From positions 512,001 through 576,000 of the forward strand of contig CAVXRD010000001.1 in NCBI GenBank assembly GCA_963764165.1: DNA of 64,000 nucleotides, in the 5' to 3' direction. The stretch's first letter is position 1. Every line of letters starts with the position of its first letter. Below the pieces are notes generated by a model that made no database searches, was not told the DNA's origin, and was given only the letters and a program-made list of their open reading frames with translations. The position numbers were made by a program, and so were the translations under genes. The stretch is from an uncultured Verrucomicrobiae bacterium. GTDB taxonomy: Bacteria > Verrucomicrobiota > Verrucomicrobiia > Limisphaerales > Palsa-1400. This document shows positions 1 to 10,195 of the stretch, piece after piece.

Positions 1-392
1 GCGACATAGGGTGCCAGCAGGCCGGACTTGTAAATCGCGATGTTTGTGTTGCCTGGCAAAGCCGATGGGTAAGCCTCATCGCCCGTGGCACTGTCAATCC
101 AGCTATTGGTGGCGACTCCTGCGCCAGCATATCCGTCGTAGGGCGAGTTGGGCACCAGATAGCCATTGTTGTCGTTTTTATATTCAGCCGCCGCCAATTG
201 GCATTGCTTGAGGTTGCTAATGCATTGCGATCCCAAGGCCTGCGACTTGGCTTTCGACAGGGCCGGCAGCAGCATTGCGGCGAGAATCGCTATGATGGCA
301 ATGACGACCAAAAGCTCAATCAGCGTAAAACCCCGACGGAAGTTTCCAATCGTCGCAAGTTTATTCTTGACAGTAATATTTTGTTTTTTCAT
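1..392 (-). CDS. Prepilin-type N-terminal cleavage/methylation domain protein (partial, runs off the window edge)
   Basis: Absent from the ORF track; hand translation from ATG 392 gives [63 protein letters not shown]..., with the G|FTLIEL type IV prepilin motif, open to the window end. Confidence 0.9.
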   Translation of the reverse strand, partial: MKKQNITVKNKLATIGNFRRGFTLIELLVVIAIIAILAAMLLPALSKAKSQALGSQCISNLKQCQLAAAEYKNDNNGYLVPNSPYDGYAGAGVATNSWIDSATGDEAYPSALPGNTNIAIYKSGLLAPYV

Positions 393-442
393 TGGGCGGG
401 CGGAGCTGGAATCAATGACGCAATTGTAGGCCAGTCCTCCTG

Positions 443-469
443 CGCCGGGGCGGCGATGCCGCCCCGGCG
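443..469. other. Intergenic GC-rich stem-loop between the LamG gene and the pilin-like gene
   Basis: CGCCGGGGCGGC-GAT-GCCGCCCCGGCG, a perfect 12-bp stem with no clear U-tract; mRNA stabiliser, terminator or REP. Confidence 0.55.
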
Positions 470-493
470 AGGAAGCTGGAATAGGTATTGGCC

Positions 494-2842
494 TTACTCA
501 GGAATGGCCACTTTGTAGAAGAACTGGCTGCTGGTTCCTGGAACCGTGTAAGGCGAAGAAGCGCCGCTTACCGGCGTGAAGGGCTGGGCGAGGTTGGTCG
601 TCCCGAGCAAAGTTCCAGCGGGATAAGTGAGGACCACTTTTCCTCCGACTTTCGCGTAAGTGAGGGTGGCCTTCCCAAGGTAATGCGATGTAATCTGGGC
701 TTGTGACAGGGGATAGTTATAAAACGCCACATCACTCACGCCGCCATTGAACCCAAAAAACGCGCCGTCACTGCGCTGGCCGAGCACTTCCGGCTCCGCG
801 CTCAAGCTTGGGTCGCCGTTAATTCCGTTTGGAACATAGAGGGACGCGGGGCCAGAAGCACTGCCAGCGACTCCGTTGACGTAAAGCTGGATGGTCGTCC
901 CATTATCCACCAAGACCAGATGGTACCATGAGCCAAGCACCAGCGGAATGTTTGCGTAATCGCTGATAAATGTCGCGGGCGCGCCGGTGTCGTTGAAGGT
1001 CACCAGTGTGAATGCGCTGGCCGGATGCTGGTATATGAGCCAGCCGGACAGGGACGAGCTGAAGTTTGAATTATACATGGACGAGCAGATTGTGCGGAAG
1101 TTGTTTGGATCTTGGGTGGCCGGCTCGAACCAGCCTTCAAATGTCCATGTGCCATAGGGATTGAGTTCCAGGGCGTAAGGAATGTCCACCACGCCACCTT
1201 CGCCGGCCACCGCGGATTGCGGGTCAAACAATCCAACGCCGGTATTTGTCTCTCCCGGAATGCTGGTCGGAATCTGCCAATCTATCGGCCCCAAGGCATT
1301 GTTGTAGGTGCCGTCAAAGCTGCCCACGGCATCAACTGCGTCGGTGGAATTGGTCGGCTCGTCCAAATGGTAGAATGCGACCGGATTATCCGCCGCGACA
1401 ATGGCGCCGTATCCGCTCAAGGGAACAACGACAGGCCTCGGTTGGACCGAGAGGGTGACTGAGTTGCTGTAGGAGGTGAATGGATTGGTCACGAGGACCC
1501 AGTATTGGTTGCCGCCCATGGACAATTGAACATTGGTCAGCCAGAGGGTGTCATTGGTCTGGTTCGTCAATGAGGTAAAACTGACGCCATCCGGACTTTC
1601 GAACCATTGGTAACCGATGGGGAGAGCACCGTTGGCCGCGATGCGAAACGCTGCGTGGCTGCCGACATTATATGTGATGCCCGAATAGGGCGGGGCGATG
1701 ACGTTGATGTCCGTCAGCAGGGTCAACACGTTGGTGACCGAGTTGGTCGCTCCGACCGAGTTGGTAACTCTGACGTAATACGCAGCGTTGTTGTCCGCAG
1801 GGTAGACGGGAACGAACGAATAATCGCTGTTGGTCTGACCGGCGACGGGGCTGCTGTTTTTATACCATTGGTAGGAAAGCGGCTTCGTTCCAGCCACCAG
1901 CGCGCTCAGAGTCACGGGCGTGCCGGAATAGATCGTGGAAGGCAGCGACGGTTCACTCACAAAGCTAGGGGCAGCGAGTGGCGCGGAGATCTCGTTCGTG
2001 CCCACGTTATAATGATGAAGGATTTGAGCGGCCGTCAAAACATTGGTGTAGAACGCGACTTGGCTTACTCCACCCTCGTAGGGCCCGTGGCCCGTCTCTC
2101 CGGGGCCGCCGATTTCTATGTTTGCGGCGCCTGGGTCGGCGAGGTAGCCGGGTAGCGCAGCGGAAGCGTTAGCCTGGCCGTTGACGTAGAAGGTCGCATT
2201 GGTGCCGTCCCAAGTCACTGCCAAGTGGGTCCATTCCAGCAAGGTGACAGCCGCGCCGGCCCCCACAATGGCGACTTCGTTCGAGGTGCGCATGAACACT
2301 TGCCAGGATTGCGGAGATGTTTGCGACTGGTAGAAATTCCAGCCTGAGCCGTTTCCGAAGGTGCCGCTGCCGTAGGGGCCGGAAGCGGCCAGAGGCACGA
2401 TGTAGTCCGGTGTATGCACCGTCGTGGCCAGAACCCAGCATTCAGCCGAAAATGGCGCGCCGGTTAGGCCGTCGCTGTTGACCGGCGCCAAGAGCGGGCT
2501 GGCAGGGAGGGCCACATCTCCGTAATCACCTTCGCCGCCCGAGCCGTAGGTAAATAGAATTGAATTGGTGTCAATGCCCGGCTGGCCGAGCTCCGGCGAA
2601 TTTGAATCATTGAAATTATAGGTGCCGTCAAGGTGATTCGTTGTGGAATCGACGGCGGTGCCGGCCCCCGGCAACTCCTGCAATTGGTAATAAGCCACGG
2701 GATTGTCCGCGAGAACCACCTGGGAGTAATTGGTGGCTTGCGCCACTGCGCTTTGTGTCGCGCCCAGGAAAAGGAGAATCGCCGTCGCCGAGGCGAACAG
2801 GCCCCGCGGAAGCGCACAAGTCGTAAGTTCACGTATTTTCAT
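494..2842 (-). CDS. Secreted protein with two LamG/concanavalin-like domains, two Ig-like domains and a C-terminal verrucomicrobial domain
   Basis: Signal peptide from MKIRE (ATG 2842); two repeats 'ADNPVA(Y/F)Y.L.E...WxHL...YVNG...VAFY..L...QI..HY'; Ig motifs '[12 protein letters not shown]' and '[10 protein letters not shown]'. Confidence 0.85.
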   Translation of the reverse strand: MKIRELTTCALPRGLFASATAILLFLGATQSAVAQATNYSQVVLADNPVAYYQLQELPGAGTAVDSTTNHLDGTYNFNDSNSPELGQPGIDTNSILFTYGSGGEGDYGDVALPASPLLAPVNSDGLTGAPFSAECWVLATTVHTPDYIVPLAASGPYGSGTFGNGSGWNFYQSQTSPQSWQVFMRTSNEVAIVGAGAAVTLLEWTHLAVTWDGTNATFYVNGQANASAALPGYLADPGAANIEIGGPGETGHGPYEGGVSQVAFYTNVLTAAQILHHYNVGTNEISAPLAAPSFVSEPSLPSTIYSGTPVTLSALVAGTKPLSYQWYKNSSPVAGQTNSDYSFVPVYPADNNAAYYVRVTNSVGATNSVTNVLTLLTDINVIAPPYSGITYNVGSHAAFRIAANGALPIGYQWFESPDGVSFTSLTNQTNDTLWLTNVQLSMGGNQYWVLVTNPFTSYSNSVTLSVQPRPVVVPLSGYGAIVAADNPVAFYHLDEPTNSTDAVDAVGSFDGTYNNALGPIDWQIPTSIPGETNTGVGLFDPQSAVAGEGGVVDIPYALELNPYGTWTFEGWFEPATQDPNNFRTICSSMYNSNFSSSLSGWLIYQHPASAFTLVTFNDTGAPATFISDYANIPLVLGSWYHLVLVDNGTTIQLYVNGVAGSASGPASLYVPNGINGDPSLSAEPEVLGQRSDGAFFGFNGGVSDVAFYNYPLSQAQITSHYLGKATLTYAKVGGKVVLTYPAGTLLGTTNLAQPFTPVSGASSPYTVPGTSSQFFYKVAIPE

Positions 2843-3020
2843 AGTTGAATGCTGGTTTTGATTTGTTGATTTCCACACAGACGCGCGCCGGCACGATTTC
2901 CCCTGACACTTCGCCAAACGCTGAGACGTTTTTATCACAGTCAATCAATAATGCAACAAAAATTATTACAAAATTTTCTTGCGGTCTTTTTCCATCTTAA
3001 ATAACTTCGCAGTCAAGGTT

Positions 3021-4670
3021 ATGAACCGGAACCGCACCCTTAGCCACATCGCATGTCTTCTCGCCCTGTTCGCCGGATTGGCGCGTTCAGAGGCGCAATC
3101 CCCTGCCATTATTCCTCTGCCGCAGAAGATGGAGGTCGGGCATGGCTCGTTTGAAATTGGCGCGGGAACGATGATCGTGGCGGGCAAGGGCGCGGCAGAA
3201 ACCTGCCAATACCTGGCATCCGAGTTAAATCGCCGCGCCGGCGCCTTACTCAAGGTGGCTGGGAACAAAGATGCGGTGGCGAAGGGGAATATAGAATTGA
3301 CGCTGGATGACGCGAATCCGTCTTTGGTCGATGAAGGTTATGTGCTCAGTGTAACGCCTGATTCGGTGACGATTCGCGCCCACGCCGCCGCCGGACTTTT
3401 TTACGGGGCGCAATCACTGCTCCAACTGCTTCCTCTTCCTGAAGCAGGCTCCAAAACGTCCGCCCCAGCCCTGCCCTGCGTCTTCGTGGAAGACCATCCG
3501 CGTTTTCATTGGCGTGGGCTGATGCTGGACGTCTCCCGGCATTTCTTCAACAAAGAGGAAGTCAAACGGCTGCTGGATGAAATGGCATGGCACAAAATGA
3601 ACGTATTCCATTGGCACTTGGTTGATGACCAGGGCTGGCGCATCGAAATCAAAAAATATCCGCGACTCACCGAACTTGGAGCCTGGCGCAAAGCCGTCGG
3701 TTTCGGGCTTGATCCAAAATCTGGAACCGCTTTCGGGCCGGATGGGCGCTACGGCGGATTCTACACGCAGGAAGACATCCGCGAAGTCGTCGCTTACGCT
3801 GCGGCGCGCCATATTACCATAGTGCCGGAAATTGAAATGCCGGGGCACTCTAGCGCCGCCCTGATGGCCTATCCACAATTCAGTTGCACCGGTGGGCCGT
3901 TTTCGGTGGATTTGCCGGGCGGCGTTTTCAACGGCGTTTATTGCGCTGGAAACGAAGCCACCTTTGGATTTGTGGAAGATGTTTTGATCGAGGTGTTCGC
4001 CCTCTTTCCCGGAAAATTCATCCATGTCGGCGGCGACGAAGTTCTTACTGACAATTGGAAGGCGTGCCCAAAATGCCAGGAGCGCATGAAACACGAAGGG
4101 TTCACCAAGGAGATGGAATTGGAGAGTTATTTCATTCGCCGCGTGGAAAAGATCGTCAATGCGCACGGCAAGCGCCTTGTGGGCTGGAGCGAAATTCGCG
4201 AAGGCGGACTGGCGCCCAGCGCGACGGTGATGGATTGGGTCGGCGGCGCTCTCGAAGCGGCTTCAGCCGGGCATGACGTGGTCATGTCGCCCTTGAAGGA
4301 TTGCTATTTCGATCACTATCAATCGCTCAACCAGGCCAAGGAACCGAAAGCCATCGGCGGCTATCTTCCGTTGAAGCAAGTCTACGCCTTCGACCCGATT
4401 CCGACCCATTTGCCCGTCCAATTTGAATCACACATCCTCGGCGGCCAGGCCAATGTTTGGACGGAATACATTCCCAATTTCAAACAGGTCGAATACATGG
4501 TTTTTCCACGCTTGAGCGCCATGGCGGAAGTGGATTGGTCCCCGAAGACTTCTCGGAATTGGGATGATTTTTTGCTGAGGGTCGCCATCGATTGCAAGCG
4601 TCTTGACCAGCTAGGAGTCAACCATCGCGCACTGACCGACGAGCCGCTGGCTCCGGCCCCTGAGCAGTGA
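3021..4670 (+). CDS. Beta-N-acetylhexosaminidase, GH20
   Basis: RGLMLDVSRHF, HWHLVDDQGWR, PEIEMPGH, catalytic HVGGDE, WTEYI; signal peptide from ATG 3021. Confidence 0.95.
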   Translation: MNRNRTLSHIACLLALFAGLARSEAQSPAIIPLPQKMEVGHGSFEIGAGTMIVAGKGAAETCQYLASELNRRAGALLKVAGNKDAVAKGNIELTLDDANPSLVDEGYVLSVTPDSVTIRAHAAAGLFYGAQSLLQLLPLPEAGSKTSAPALPCVFVEDHPRFHWRGLMLDVSRHFFNKEEVKRLLDEMAWHKMNVFHWHLVDDQGWRIEIKKYPRLTELGAWRKAVGFGLDPKSGTAFGPDGRYGGFYTQEDIREVVAYAAARHITIVPEIEMPGHSSAALMAYPQFSCTGGPFSVDLPGGVFNGVYCAGNEATFGFVEDVLIEVFALFPGKFIHVGGDEVLTDNWKACPKCQERMKHEGFTKEMELESYFIRRVEKIVNAHGKRLVGWSEIREGGLAPSATVMDWVGGALEAASAGHDVVMSPLKDCYFDHYQSLNQAKEPKAIGGYLPLKQVYAFDPIPTHLPVQFESHILGGQANVWTEYIPNFKQVEYMVFPRLSAMAEVDWSPKTSRNWDDFLLRVAIDCKRLDQLGVNHRALTDEPLAPAPEQ

Positions 4671-4680
4671 AATTCCCGCC

Positions 4681-7600
4681 ATGAAATTGTGGAGACATTC
4701 AATTTGCCTCGCCGCCGCATGGCTGATGGCGGTCTCCAATCTGACAGCGCAAACGGCGGCCACGTCCGAAATAACGTCGCTGCGCCAGTTGAAATCACTG
4801 ACAGCCGAGCAGGCTGCGGCGGGACCGGCTGTTGATGTGAGAGGCGTAGTGGTCTGCCACGACGCGGGCTGGCACCAGCTCTATATTCACGATGGACGCG
4901 AAACGCTGTACTTCAACGCCGATGATTTTTCCGTCCAGCCCAACAAAGGCGATGCCATCGAACTCACCGGCCGCGCGCGCGGCACCAACAGCCTGGAAAA
5001 CGGCAAGCTGGCCATTGTTGGCAAAGCCGCCTTGCCCAAAGCCCAGCCGCTGGAACTTTCGGAATTGGGCCAGGATCACGGCGAGTGGGTGCAAGTGCAA
5101 GGCCGGGTGCTTTCCGCTGAATCAAGCCGCGGGCGCCTCGCCCTCATGCTGAATGAAAAGGGCCAGAATTGCCTCGTTTACATTCTCGGCGGCGCTGTCA
5201 CGAATAATTTCCAGCCGTGGCTCAATTGCCGCGTGCAGGTGCGGGGCATCAATGCCAGCCGCATGGCCGGCGGGCGCCTCGAATCGGGTCTGCTCTTCGC
5301 GCCCGGCCCCGACGAAATCCGAATTCTCGGGCCAGCGGGCATTGAGCCGTCGCAAATTCCAGTCGTTTCCATCCGCAGCCTGCTCAATCGCGAGTTGGGG
5401 TCGTGGACCAACCAATGGGTTCACATCAACGGGCTGGTGGTGTCCTATCGCCGCGGCGAATCCGTAACCGTGAAGGATCCGACCGGTGTCATCCGGGCGC
5501 GCGTCATTCAGTTGACAGAGATGCGCGGCGATGAGCGGGTGGACGTTTGGGGTTTTCTGGAAACCGGCGCTAACGAAACCATTCTCAACAACTCGTATTT
5601 TGAAGTGGCGCAGCCGCCGCCGCAGTCCATCGGCGTGGCGGCTCCGGCGGTTCCGTTGTCGCGTGTCGCGCGGCTTCCTTCGGAATTGACGGAGGTCTCG
5701 GACATCCTGCAATTGCGGCCGGAGGAGGCGGCCCAGCAATTGGCGGTCCGGCTGCATGGCGTGCTCACTTACGCCGATCCCGCATGGCGCAACGGATTTT
5801 TGCAAAACAACGGCGAGGCCATTTACGTCGACATTGATCCGTCGCAAAAATTTGCGCTGCCGGGCCAATGGGTGGAATTGACGGGGCGCACCAGCCCGGG
5901 TGGATTCGCGCCGGAGGTGCTAAGCTCGCAAATCACCGTTCTCGGCGTCACCAATCTGCCGACGCCCGCGCACGTGGATTTGGAGGATTTGGCGAATGGC
6001 CGCTTCGATTCGCACTGGGTGGAGATGGAGGGATTGGTGCGGCGCATGGATGAATTGTCCGACCACGCCAGCCTGAGCCTGATGACGCCCAAGGGGCGAT
6101 TCAAAGCGATCATTCCCGGATTTGAAAACAAACCGCTGCCGACAAATCTTATTGACGCTCTGGTCAGCGTGCGCGGCGCCTGCACGTCGGAATTAAATGT
6201 CCGCCGGCAATTAAGCGGCATCACCCTCCACGTCCCGAGCCTCGAACAAATCAAAGTTCTCGAACCGGCTCCCGCTGACCCATTCGCCATCGCGACGACG
6301 CGGATTGACGCGGTCGAAACCTTTGACCCGGATCGTTTCGCGGGGCGCCGGGTGAAAATTCAAGGCGTTGTCACGCTGCGCATGATCGGCCAGGGATTCA
6401 TGGTGCAGGACAGCTCCGGCGGCATGCGCGTGCTGACGCGGCAGACGAACGAACTCCACCTCGGCGATTTGGTGGAAGTGATCGGCTTCCCCGCCATCGG
6501 CGATTTTTCCCCCTACTTGGAGGAAGCGGCCTACCGCGTCATCGGCACCGGAACGATGCCTGTTCCGAAACCGGTCAAAGCCGACCAGATTCTTCTCCAC
6601 GGCACCAACGACGCGCAAATTGTCAGCATCGACGCGCAGTTGCTGCAAAACGTCCCCCGCTCGGCCAACCCGCAAATGGTTTTGCAGGATGGGCCGATCA
6701 TTTTCACCGCGCAATTGGAGTCGCACGCGCGCCAGCAGGAAGTGCCCGATTTGGAATCCGGATGCCGCCTTCGCTTGACAGGGATTTGCTCCATCCAGGG
6801 CGGCGAAGGCCACGAACCGCAGGCGTTCCGCCTCCTCCTGCGAAATCCGCTTGATGTGCAATTGCTCGAATCGCCGCCGTATTGGACGGCGCGGCGCTCC
6901 TTCATGCTGGCTGGCGGAATGATGCTGGCGGTTTCCGCCACGCTCGGCTGGGTCGCCCTGCTCCGCCGCCAGGTCCGCCAGCAAACCAAAGTCATCCGCC
7001 AAAAACTCGAGGACGAGGCTGCGCTCGAACGGCGGTATCGCGAACTTTTCGAGAACGCCACCGACATGCTTTACACGCACGATCGCGAAGGGCGGATCAC
7101 ATCCATCAACCAGACGGGCGAGCGGCTTTTGCAGCTCCCGCGCAGCGAAGTGCTTGGGCGCAACATCCTCGATTTCCTGGCCGAGGAACAACGCGCCACG
7201 GCCCGCCAATGGCTCGTGCGATTGCACAAGGGCGCGGCCACGCCGAACATCGAATGGGACGTCATTTCCGCCTCGGGCGAGCGCGTGAAATTGGAAATCA
7301 GCGCGCGGGTGATGGCGCGGGACGGCAGCGATTCGGAACTCGAAATTGAAGGGATCGCCCGCGATGTCACCGAGCGCAAGCGTCTTGAGCGCGAGATCAT
7401 CGAAATCAGCAACCGCGAGCAGCGGCGCATCGGGCACGATTTGCATGACGGCGTCTGTCAACAATTGGCGGGAATCGCCTTTCTCATTTCGACACTGGCT
7501 GAGGAATTGGCGGAAGAAGGCGTCCCGCAATCCGTGCAGGCCGAGAAAATCAGCGTGATGATCAATGAGGCCATTGACCAGACGCGCGGCGTGGCGCGCG

Positions 7601-8097
7601 GCTTGTTTCCCGTCCGGCTCGATGAAAAAGGTTTGGTCGCATCGCTGGAAGAATTGGCTGCCAACGCCAGCGAGGTCTACAAAATCGACTGCCGTTTCAT
7701 CGCGAACGGCCCGCCGGTGGCGGTTGAAAACGAGATCGCGCTGCACTTGTATTACATTGTGCTTGAGGCGCTGGCCAACGCGGCCAAGCACAGCAGCGCC
7801 TCCACAGTGGAAATTTCCCTGCAACCTTCCGGCGACCGCTGGCTGCTGACCATCGAGGACGATGGCGTCGGCTTTTCCCTGCCCGCGCAAAACCAGGACG
7901 GGATGGGCGTGCGGATTTTGCATTACCGCGCGCGGGTGATTGGGGCGACTTTGAACTTGCAGAGCCTGCCCGGTTCCGGCACCACCGTGACGTGCCTTTT
8001 TCTGCCCGTGTCGCGAGAATTGCCCCGCGGCGGCGCGCTTCGAGGCCAGCGCCCGGAGAGCAGCCGCGTGGACCATTCGCAACCTGAGCACGCATGA
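4681..8097 (+). CDS. Membrane sensor histidine kinase (repeated OB-fold-like extracellular domain, PAS, HisKA_3-type kinase)
   Basis: Signal peptide, ~7 repeats 'V.V.G.V...QD..G...G..V...G', TM helix, PAS, EQRRIGHDLHDG, EALANAAKH, DDGVGF. Confidence 0.9.
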   Translation: MKLWRHSICLAAAWLMAVSNLTAQTAATSEITSLRQLKSLTAEQAAAGPAVDVRGVVVCHDAGWHQLYIHDGRETLYFNADDFSVQPNKGDAIELTGRARGTNSLENGKLAIVGKAALPKAQPLELSELGQDHGEWVQVQGRVLSAESSRGRLALMLNEKGQNCLVYILGGAVTNNFQPWLNCRVQVRGINASRMAGGRLESGLLFAPGPDEIRILGPAGIEPSQIPVVSIRSLLNRELGSWTNQWVHINGLVVSYRRGESVTVKDPTGVIRARVIQLTEMRGDERVDVWGFLETGANETILNNSYFEVAQPPPQSIGVAAPAVPLSRVARLPSELTEVSDILQLRPEEAAQQLAVRLHGVLTYADPAWRNGFLQNNGEAIYVDIDPSQKFALPGQWVELTGRTSPGGFAPEVLSSQITVLGVTNLPTPAHVDLEDLANGRFDSHWVEMEGLVRRMDELSDHASLSLMTPKGRFKAIIPGFENKPLPTNLIDALVSVRGACTSELNVRRQLSGITLHVPSLEQIKVLEPAPADPFAIATTRIDAVETFDPDRFAGRRVKIQGVVTLRMIGQGFMVQDSSGGMRVLTRQTNELHLGDLVEVIGFPAIGDFSPYLEEAAYRVIGTGTMPVPKPVKADQILLHGTNDAQIVSIDAQLLQNVPRSANPQMVLQDGPIIFTAQLESHARQQEVPDLESGCRLRLTGICSIQGGEGHEPQAFRLLLRNPLDVQLLESPPYWTARRSFMLAGGMMLAVSATLGWVALLRRQVRQQTKVIRQKLEDEAALERRYRELFENATDMLYTHDREGRITSINQTGERLLQLPRSEVLGRNILDFLAEEQRATARQWLVRLHKGAATPNIEWDVISASGERVKLEISARVMARDGSDSELEIEGIARDVTERKRLEREIIEISNREQRRIGHDLHDGVCQQLAGIAFLISTLAEELAEEGVPQSVQAEKISVMINEAIDQTRGVARGLFPVRLDEKGLVASLEELAANASEVYKIDCRFIANGPPVAVENEIALHLYYIVLEALANAAKHSSASTVEISLQPSGDRWLLTIEDDGVGFSLPAQNQDGMGVRILHYRARVIGATLNLQSLPGSGTTVTCLFLPVSRELPRGGALRGQRPESSRVDHSQPEHA

Positions 8098-8765
8098 AAA
8101 AATCGAGCGACAAAAGCCGGATATTAATTGTTGACGATCATCCGCTGTTTTGCGAAGGATTGCGCCGCATGCTTGACCGGCATCCGTCGCTGGAGGTGTG
8201 CGGCCAGGTTCCCGACGCGGTGCAAGCCATGAAAGCCGTGGCGGATTTGAAACCCGACCTCGTTTTGGTGGATATTTCCCTCGAAGGCACTAATGGCATC
8301 GATCTTATCAAAAGCCTCAAGGCCAAATACGAAGACCTGCCGGTGCTGGTGGTTTCGATGCACGACGAATCCCTGTACGCCGAGCGGGCGCTGCGCGCGG
8401 GGGCGCAGGGTTACATCATGAAAAACCAGCCCATCCAAGTTGTGCGAAGCGCGATTTTCAAGGTGCTGGGCGGCGAGATTTTTCTCAGCGAAAAAATGTC
8501 CACTTCCGTCCTGGCGAAGCTGCTGCGCGGAAAGACAGAAGAGACGCCTTCCTCGGTTGATAAATTGAGCGACCGCGAATTGGAGGTTTTCCAAATGCTG
8601 GGCGAAGGTAAATCTTCGAGGCAAATTGCCGAATCCCTCGAATTGACGATTCCAACAATCCATTCCTTCCGCAATCGCATCAAGGAAAAGCTGGATTACA
8701 AAAACTCAACGGAACTCGTGCTGCACGCCATGCAATGGGTGCGCGAGCGGGTCGAACATCCGTAA
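8094..8765 (+). CDS. NarL/LuxR-family response regulator
   Basis: REC domain (IVDDHP...VDISL) plus LSDRELEVF HTH; ATGA overlap with the kinase. Confidence 0.95.
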   Translation: MKKSSDKSRILIVDDHPLFCEGLRRMLDRHPSLEVCGQVPDAVQAMKAVADLKPDLVLVDISLEGTNGIDLIKSLKAKYEDLPVLVVSMHDESLYAERALRAGAQGYIMKNQPIQVVRSAIFKVLGGEIFLSEKMSTSVLAKLLRGKTEETPSSVDKLSDRELEVFQMLGEGKSSRQIAESLELTIPTIHSFRNRIKEKLDYKNSTELVLHAMQWVRERVEHP

Positions 8766-10123
8766 TGATGCAGCGAGTTAAGTTGTGGGGGTGGCTTTTG
8801 GGATTCCTCTTCATTGCCACGGCACGGGCGGATTTGTGGGTCACAGGATATTACCCCGGCTATGAATCAATGCCTGTCAGCAATATTGATTTTTCGGCGA
8901 TTACGCATGTCATTCATTTTGCCCTGGTTCCGCAATCGAACGGATCAGTGAGCGGCACCGCAAACGAAATCACCACCGCGGCAGCCTCCAATCTTGTTTC
9001 CGCGGCGCACGCGGCCGGACGAAAAGCGCTCGTGTGCGTGGGCGGTGCGGGAGAAGAAGCCAATTTCCTTGCAGCGACGACCAGCGCAAACATTGGCACT
9101 TTCGTCAACAATATCGTCAACTTCGCGTCGAACAATAATTACGACGGAGTTGATTTGGATTGGGAGCCGTTCGCCTCCTCCGACGAGACGCAATACACAA
9201 ATCTCGTTTACGCCCTGCACAAGGCATTGAACAGACTCCCGTCGCCGAAATTGTTGACAGTCGCGTCGCCGTCCGCGCCTGAATACGGGGACACGCCGGT
9301 GATCTTCTCCATGCTCAGCGCGGTGCAGTCGCAGTTCGATCAGATCAACATCATGACCTACGATATGTCCGGCCCGTATGAAGGCTGGGTGACGTGGTTT
9401 AACTCGCCAATTTATGATGGCGGTTATGCATTTCCGGGCACTTCGGAGGTCGTGCCTTCCATCAATGCCTCGATCAGCAATTTTCTCCAAGCGGGTGTGC
9501 AAAGCTCCAAACTCGGCGTCGGCACGGCCTTTTATGGCGACATTTGGACCGGAGGACCGGGCTTGACTCAACCGCGCCAGGGATGGGCAACAAACACGCC
9601 GACCGTCACACAGGTTAGTTACGCGCAGATCATAAATACCTACTACCAACCAGCTCTTTATCATTGGGATGCGGCTGCTCAGGCCCCGTATCTGGGCATC
9701 ACCAAATCACCCGCGTCAAACGACATTTTCCTCTCCTACGACGACAGCCGATCCAGTCAATCAAAAGTCAGTTTCGCCCGGAATTTGCGTTTGGGTGGAG
9801 TCATGATCTGGGAACTGGCGCAGGATTATTTTCCCACGATGCCAGCCGGGCAAAAGACGCCCCTGGCAAGCGCGATAAAATCGGCTTTGGCCACCCCCGC
9901 ATTTGTGTCCGTTCAGAACAGCAACGGCGCAGTCACCTTTAATTTCACCGCGGCGCCGCTCGGCTTGTACACCGTCGAATGGACGAGCGATCTGGCAGCG
10001 CCGTCGTGGACGGTGCTCGCCAGCAACCTCTCGGGCATCGGCACGAATGTCCAAACCATTCAAGTCACCGACCCGTCGCCCGCAAGTCAGGGCGACCGAT
10101 TTTACCGGGTCCGCACTCCGTAG
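8765..10123 (+). CDS. Secreted GH18 chitinase-like glycoside hydrolase with C-terminal verrucomicrobial domain
   Basis: DGVDLDWE catalytic motif, IMTYD, GGVMIWEL; TAATG coupling to the response regulator; signal peptide. Confidence 0.92.
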   Translation: MMQRVKLWGWLLGFLFIATARADLWVTGYYPGYESMPVSNIDFSAITHVIHFALVPQSNGSVSGTANEITTAAASNLVSAAHAAGRKALVCVGGAGEEANFLAATTSANIGTFVNNIVNFASNNNYDGVDLDWEPFASSDETQYTNLVYALHKALNRLPSPKLLTVASPSAPEYGDTPVIFSMLSAVQSQFDQINIMTYDMSGPYEGWVTWFNSPIYDGGYAFPGTSEVVPSINASISNFLQAGVQSSKLGVGTAFYGDIWTGGPGLTQPRQGWATNTPTVTQVSYAQIINTYYQPALYHWDAAAQAPYLGITKSPASNDIFLSYDDSRSSQSKVSFARNLRLGGVMIWELAQDYFPTMPAGQKTPLASAIKSALATPAFVSVQNSNGAVTFNFTAAPLGLYTVEWTSDLAAPSWTVLASNLSGIGTNVQTIQVTDPSPASQGDRFYRVRTP

Positions 10124-10195
10124 TGGAGTGTCTCTTAAATCTTGCCGAAGCGCCACCTTTCCACACCGCTCTCCGGCCACGCAAAGTGACTGGGA

